Shown here: piece by piece, positions 60,857-64,000 of the stretch
Layout: every line of letters starts with the position of its first letter
How positions within the stretch are numbered: position 1 is the first letter of the stretch
Assembly: GCA_902577425.1 (NCBI GenBank)
Contig: CACGZD010000001.1
Span: forward strand, 510,414 to 574,413
Direction: 5' to 3'
DNA length: 64,000 nt
DNA from: an uncultured Alphaproteobacteria bacterium
GTDB taxonomy: Bacteria > Pseudomonadota > Alphaproteobacteria > HIMB59 > GCA-002718135
The notes under the pieces: model-generated
Seen by the model: the letters and a program-made list of their open reading frames with translations, nothing else
Database searches by the model: none
What the model was told of the DNA's origin: nothing
Program-made: the position numbers and the translations under genes

Positions 60857-61618
60857 ATGAAAAATATAAAAATATCTTCAAAAAATGTAAATGTTCATTA
60901 TGGTGCAAAACAAGCACTTCATTCAGTGTCATTAAATATTAATGAAAATGAAGTTACTTCACTAATTGGACCTTCTGGTTGTGGAAAATCTACTTTTCTA
61001 AGATGTATCAATAGAATGAATGATTTAATTGATATTTGTAAAGTTGATGGATCTATTACAGTAGATAATGAGGAAATTATTTCGGATGAAGTTGATGTAG
61101 TAAGTCTTCGTTCAAAAATTGGAATGGTTTTTCAAAAACCAAACCCTTTTCCTAAATCTATTTTTGATAATGTTGCTTATGGGCCAACTATTCATGGTAT
61201 AGCTGAAAGCAAAACAGACTTAGAAGAAATAGTTCATTCATCATTAAAGAGAGCAGGACTTTTAAAAGAGGTAAAGGATCGTTTGCATGAACCTGGCACA
61301 AGCTTATCTGGTGGACAACAACAACGCTTATGTATTGCACGAGCAATAGCTGTTAATCCAGATATTATTTTAATGGATGAACCATGTTCAGCATTAGATC
61401 CAATTGCAACAGCAATAATTGAAGAATTAATTGATGAGCTTAAAGCAAATTACACTATTGTGATAGTGACTCACTCTATGCAGCAAGCAGCTAGAGTATC
61501 ACAACGAACTGGGTTTTTTCATTTAGGGGAACTAATTGAAACAGGTGATACACAAAAAATTTTTACTAATCCTGATAATGAAAAAACACAGGGTTATATA
61601 ACGGGAAGGTTTGGATAA
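60857..61618 (+). CDS. pstB: Phosphate ABC ATPase
   Basis: [32 protein letters not shown]. Confidence 0.97.
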   Translation: MKNIKISSKNVNVHYGAKQALHSVSLNINENEVTSLIGPSGCGKSTFLRCINRMNDLIDICKVDGSITVDNEEIISDEVDVVSLRSKIGMVFQKPNPFPKSIFDNVAYGPTIHGIAESKTDLEEIVHSSLKRAGLLKEVKDRLHEPGTSLSGGQQQRLCIARAIAVNPDIILMDEPCSALDPIATAIIEELIDELKANYTIVIVTHSMQQAARVSQRTGFFHLGELIETGDTQKIFTNPDNEKTQGYITGRFG

Positions 61619-62335
61619 ATGGAACAAGATACACATATAGTTAAATCCTATGATGAGGAGATGAAAGAAATTAATAACAGCATCTTAGACATAGGAAGTT
61701 TAGTGGAAAATCAATTAAAAGAAGCTTTGGGTGCCTTAAAAAATCAAGATACAGAATTAGCTGACAAAGTAATTCAAGCAGATAATTTAATTGATGAAAA
61801 ATTCAGGCAACTTGATCAAAAACTAGTTCTTATATTGGGAAAAAGACAACCAATGGCAACAGATTTAAGAACAATTTTCTCCGCAATTAAAATGAACAAA
61901 GATCTTGAAAGATTAGGAGATCATTCAACAAATATTGCAAAACGTACTGCTATGATTGAACTTGTTTTACCAGAAAAGCCTGTACGAGATATATTAAGAA
62001 TGGGAGAGCATGTTCGAGTTATGATAGCAAAAGTTATTCAATCATTTGTAAACTTTTCTGCAGAGGAAGCAAAAATTGTTTGGGAAATGGATGAAGAAAT
62101 TGATGATGAATATCTTGGTATTCTTCGACAACTTTTAACTTATATGATGGAAGATCCTAAAAGAATATCAGCATGCACAAATTTACTTTATATGGTTAAG
62201 GATCTAGAGAGGGCTGGAGATTATGTTCAAAATATTGCCGAAGACATATATTATGCAGTATCAGGAGAGCCTTTGTATAATGATGGACCAGATAGGGAGT
62301 GGGAAGCAATCAAACCTCTTAAAAAAAAGAAATAA
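61619..62335 (+). CDS. phoU: Phosphate signalling protein
   Basis: RQPMATDLR, DLERLGDH, LERAGDY..NIAE. Confidence 0.95.
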   Translation: MEQDTHIVKSYDEEMKEINNSILDIGSLVENQLKEALGALKNQDTELADKVIQADNLIDEKFRQLDQKLVLILGKRQPMATDLRTIFSAIKMNKDLERLGDHSTNIAKRTAMIELVLPEKPVRDILRMGEHVRVMIAKVIQSFVNFSAEEAKIVWEMDEEIDDEYLGILRQLLTYMMEDPKRISACTNLLYMVKDLERAGDYVQNIAEDIYYAVSGEPLYNDGPDREWEAIKPLKKKK

Positions 62336-62353
62336 CTGTAATCAAATTGTAAT
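62336..62353 (+). promoter_or_regulatory. Pho box upstream of phoB
   Basis: CTGTAAT-CAAA-TTGTAAT immediately after the phoU stop. Confidence 0.8.
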
Positions 62354-62376
62354 AAAAATTTATTAAAAAATAAACA

Positions 62377-63060
62377 ATGAAATTAAAAACTTTAATTGTA
62401 GAAGATGAGAGTTCACTACTTGAATTATTAAAATTTAATTTTATTAAAGATGGATTTAAAGTTGATACAGCAACTGATGGTGAAATGGCTCTTGAAAAAA
62501 TTTTGAATAAAGCACCTGATCTTTTAATTTTAGATTGGATGTTACCAAAATTGTCTGGAATTGAACTTTGTAGACGTATTAGAAAAAATAAAGAACTAAA
62601 AAATCTTCCAATTATAATGTTAACTGCAAGGGGTGAAGAAGAAGATAGACTTCGAGGTTTAGAAACTGGAGCAGATGATTATGTCACTAAACCTTTTTCT
62701 GTAAATGAATTAATGGCAAGAGTTAAAGCAGTATTAAGAAGAATTAGACCGATGTTCACTGAAGAAGTTTTGTCATATAAGGGGATCGTAGTTGACCTCG
62801 TATCTCATAAGGTAACAAGAGACAGCGAAACACTCCATCTTGGTCCCACAGAATTTAATCTATTAGTTTTTTTTATGGAAAATATCGGCAGAGTTTTTTC
62901 AAGAGAACAACTTTTGAATCATGTGTGGAAAGATGAAGCATATGTGGAACCTCGCACTGTTGATGTACACATAAGAAGATTAAGAAAATCTATCAATAAT
63001 GACGTAAAAGAAGATTTTATAAGAACAGTAAGAAGTGCTGGCTACTGTTTTGGCTCCTAA
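62377..63060 (+). CDS. phoB: Phosphate regulon response regulator
   Basis: LDWMLP, MLTARGEE, DYVTKPF, RTVDVHIRRLRK, RTVRSAGY. Confidence 0.96.
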   Translation: MKLKTLIVEDESSLLELLKFNFIKDGFKVDTATDGEMALEKILNKAPDLLILDWMLPKLSGIELCRRIRKNKELKNLPIIMLTARGEEEDRLRGLETGADDYVTKPFSVNELMARVKAVLRRIRPMFTEEVLSYKGIVVDLVSHKVTRDSETLHLGPTEFNLLVFFMENIGRVFSREQLLNHVWKDEAYVEPRTVDVHIRRLRKSINNDVKEDFIRTVRSAGYCFGS

Positions 63061-63114
63061 TTAAGCCATAAATTAATTTTATACAAATCACTTATCACAA
63101 TGTAAAATTGTCTT

Positions 63115-64000
63115 ATGCAGGGATTTTTCAGATCTTTTTTTACTGTTAGTTTTTATACTTTTCTAAGTCGTATATTGGGTTTTGTCAGAGACATATTAAT
63201 AGCGAGATTCCTTGGATCCACCGTAACATCTGATGCCTTCTTTGTTGCCTTTAGAATTCCCAATTTCTTTAGACGTGTTTTAGCAGAAGGTGCCTATAGC
63301 GCCGCACTAATCCCAGTTTTTTCAGGCGTTGTTATTGATTCCAAAAATGATCATGAAGCTGCAGACTTTGTGGAAAATACAATGTCATTGTTACTATTTG
63401 TTACGGTAATTTTGACCTTCATTTTCTTTTTTGGCATGCCGTATATTATTCAAATTTTAGCTCCTGGATTTTCTGCAAACAAAGAAGCATTTGATTTAGC
63501 TGTTCATTTTGGAAAAATTATTTTTCCGTATTTAATTTTTATTTCCCTCGTTGCCCATTTTGCGTCTATTAACAATGTTCACGGAAAATTTGTAGCAGGT
63601 GCTTTTGCTCCCGCTATTTTAAATATTAGTCTTATTCTTTCTCTTTTTATTTTAACCCCTCAACTCTCTACAGCTGGTCATGCTTTATCGTATGGTGTTT
63701 TGATTGGAGGGTTATTCCAATTTATTTATTTATATAAAGCGGTATTAAAATTTTATCGTCCTCGCATTCGTTTCCCACACTTTGATGAAAAATTAAAAAA
63801 ATTTTTACGTTTATTTTTTCCAGGGTTAATTGGTTCAGGTGTCATACAATTAAATATTGTTATTGGAACAATTATAGCATCCTTTCTTCCAATAGGAGCT
63901 ATTAGTCATATTTATTATGCAGACCGGTTAAATCAATTACCACTAGCCATTTTTGGTATTGCCATGGGTATTGTTCTTTTACCAAGTTTATCAAAGGCTA
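63115..64000 (+). CDS. murJ: Lipid II flippase (partial, runs off window; missing from ORF track)
   Basis: Hand translation MQGFFRSFFTVSFYTFLSRILGFVRDILIARFLG..DAFFVAFRIPNFFRR..AEGA. Confidence 0.93.
   Translation, partial: MQGFFRSFFTVSFYTFLSRILGFVRDILIARFLGSTVTSDAFFVAFRIPNFFRRVLAEGAYSAALIPVFSGVVIDSKNDHEAADFVENTMSLLLFVTVILTFIFFFGMPYIIQILAPGFSANKEAFDLAVHFGKIIFPYLIFISLVAHFASINNVHGKFVAGAFAPAILNISLILSLFILTPQLSTAGHALSYGVLIGGLFQFIYLYKAVLKFYRPRIRFPHFDEKLKKFLRLFFPGLIGSGVIQLNIVIGTIIASFLPIGAISHIYYADRLNQLPLAIFGIAMGIVLLPSLSKA

Overview
AT-rich, densely packed chromosome segment with no transposases, phage genes, CRISPR array or intact rRNA/tRNA that I could find. Gene content (Irr, RpoH2-like sigma factor, TIGR02300-like protein, alpha-type PstS, proteorhodopsin) points to a streamlined marine alphaproteobacterium; I cannot assign it more precisely. 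In order: nucleoside ABC transporter; irr-katG; an AT-rich glycosyltransferase/methyltransferase pair ending at a decayed tRNA-Arg fragment; a minus-strand core operon (cysS-thrS-hemB-hisI-ribA-cupin); rpoH2 divergent from a blue-tuned proteorhodopsin plus SDR; a very AT-rich folate operon (pabB-pabA-pabC-folP-folB-folK, no folE) overlapping a divergent TrpF homolog; DUF1800/DUF1501; cdd-punA-deoA-OMT; ibpA with sigma32 promoter and ROSE thermometer; an Fe(III) ABC system; msrPQ; an extended aminoethylphosphonate cluster (phnA, phnY, phnW, phnZ plus a ureidoglycolate-lyase-like cupin, a metallophosphoesterase, a CX5R phosphatase and a DMT); and a Pho region (DUF47-PiT, arsC, MIP, SET-phoR, pstSCAB-phoU-phoB) with five TGTAA-type Pho boxes, ending in a partial murJ. 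Best candidates for something new: (1) a RibA+TrpF bypass of FolE, (2) unexplained accessory enzymes in the phosphonate cluster, (3) a SET-domain methyltransferase under a Pho box and coupled to a membrane-anchorless PhoR. All functional proposals are inferences from context and motifs; no searches were run.
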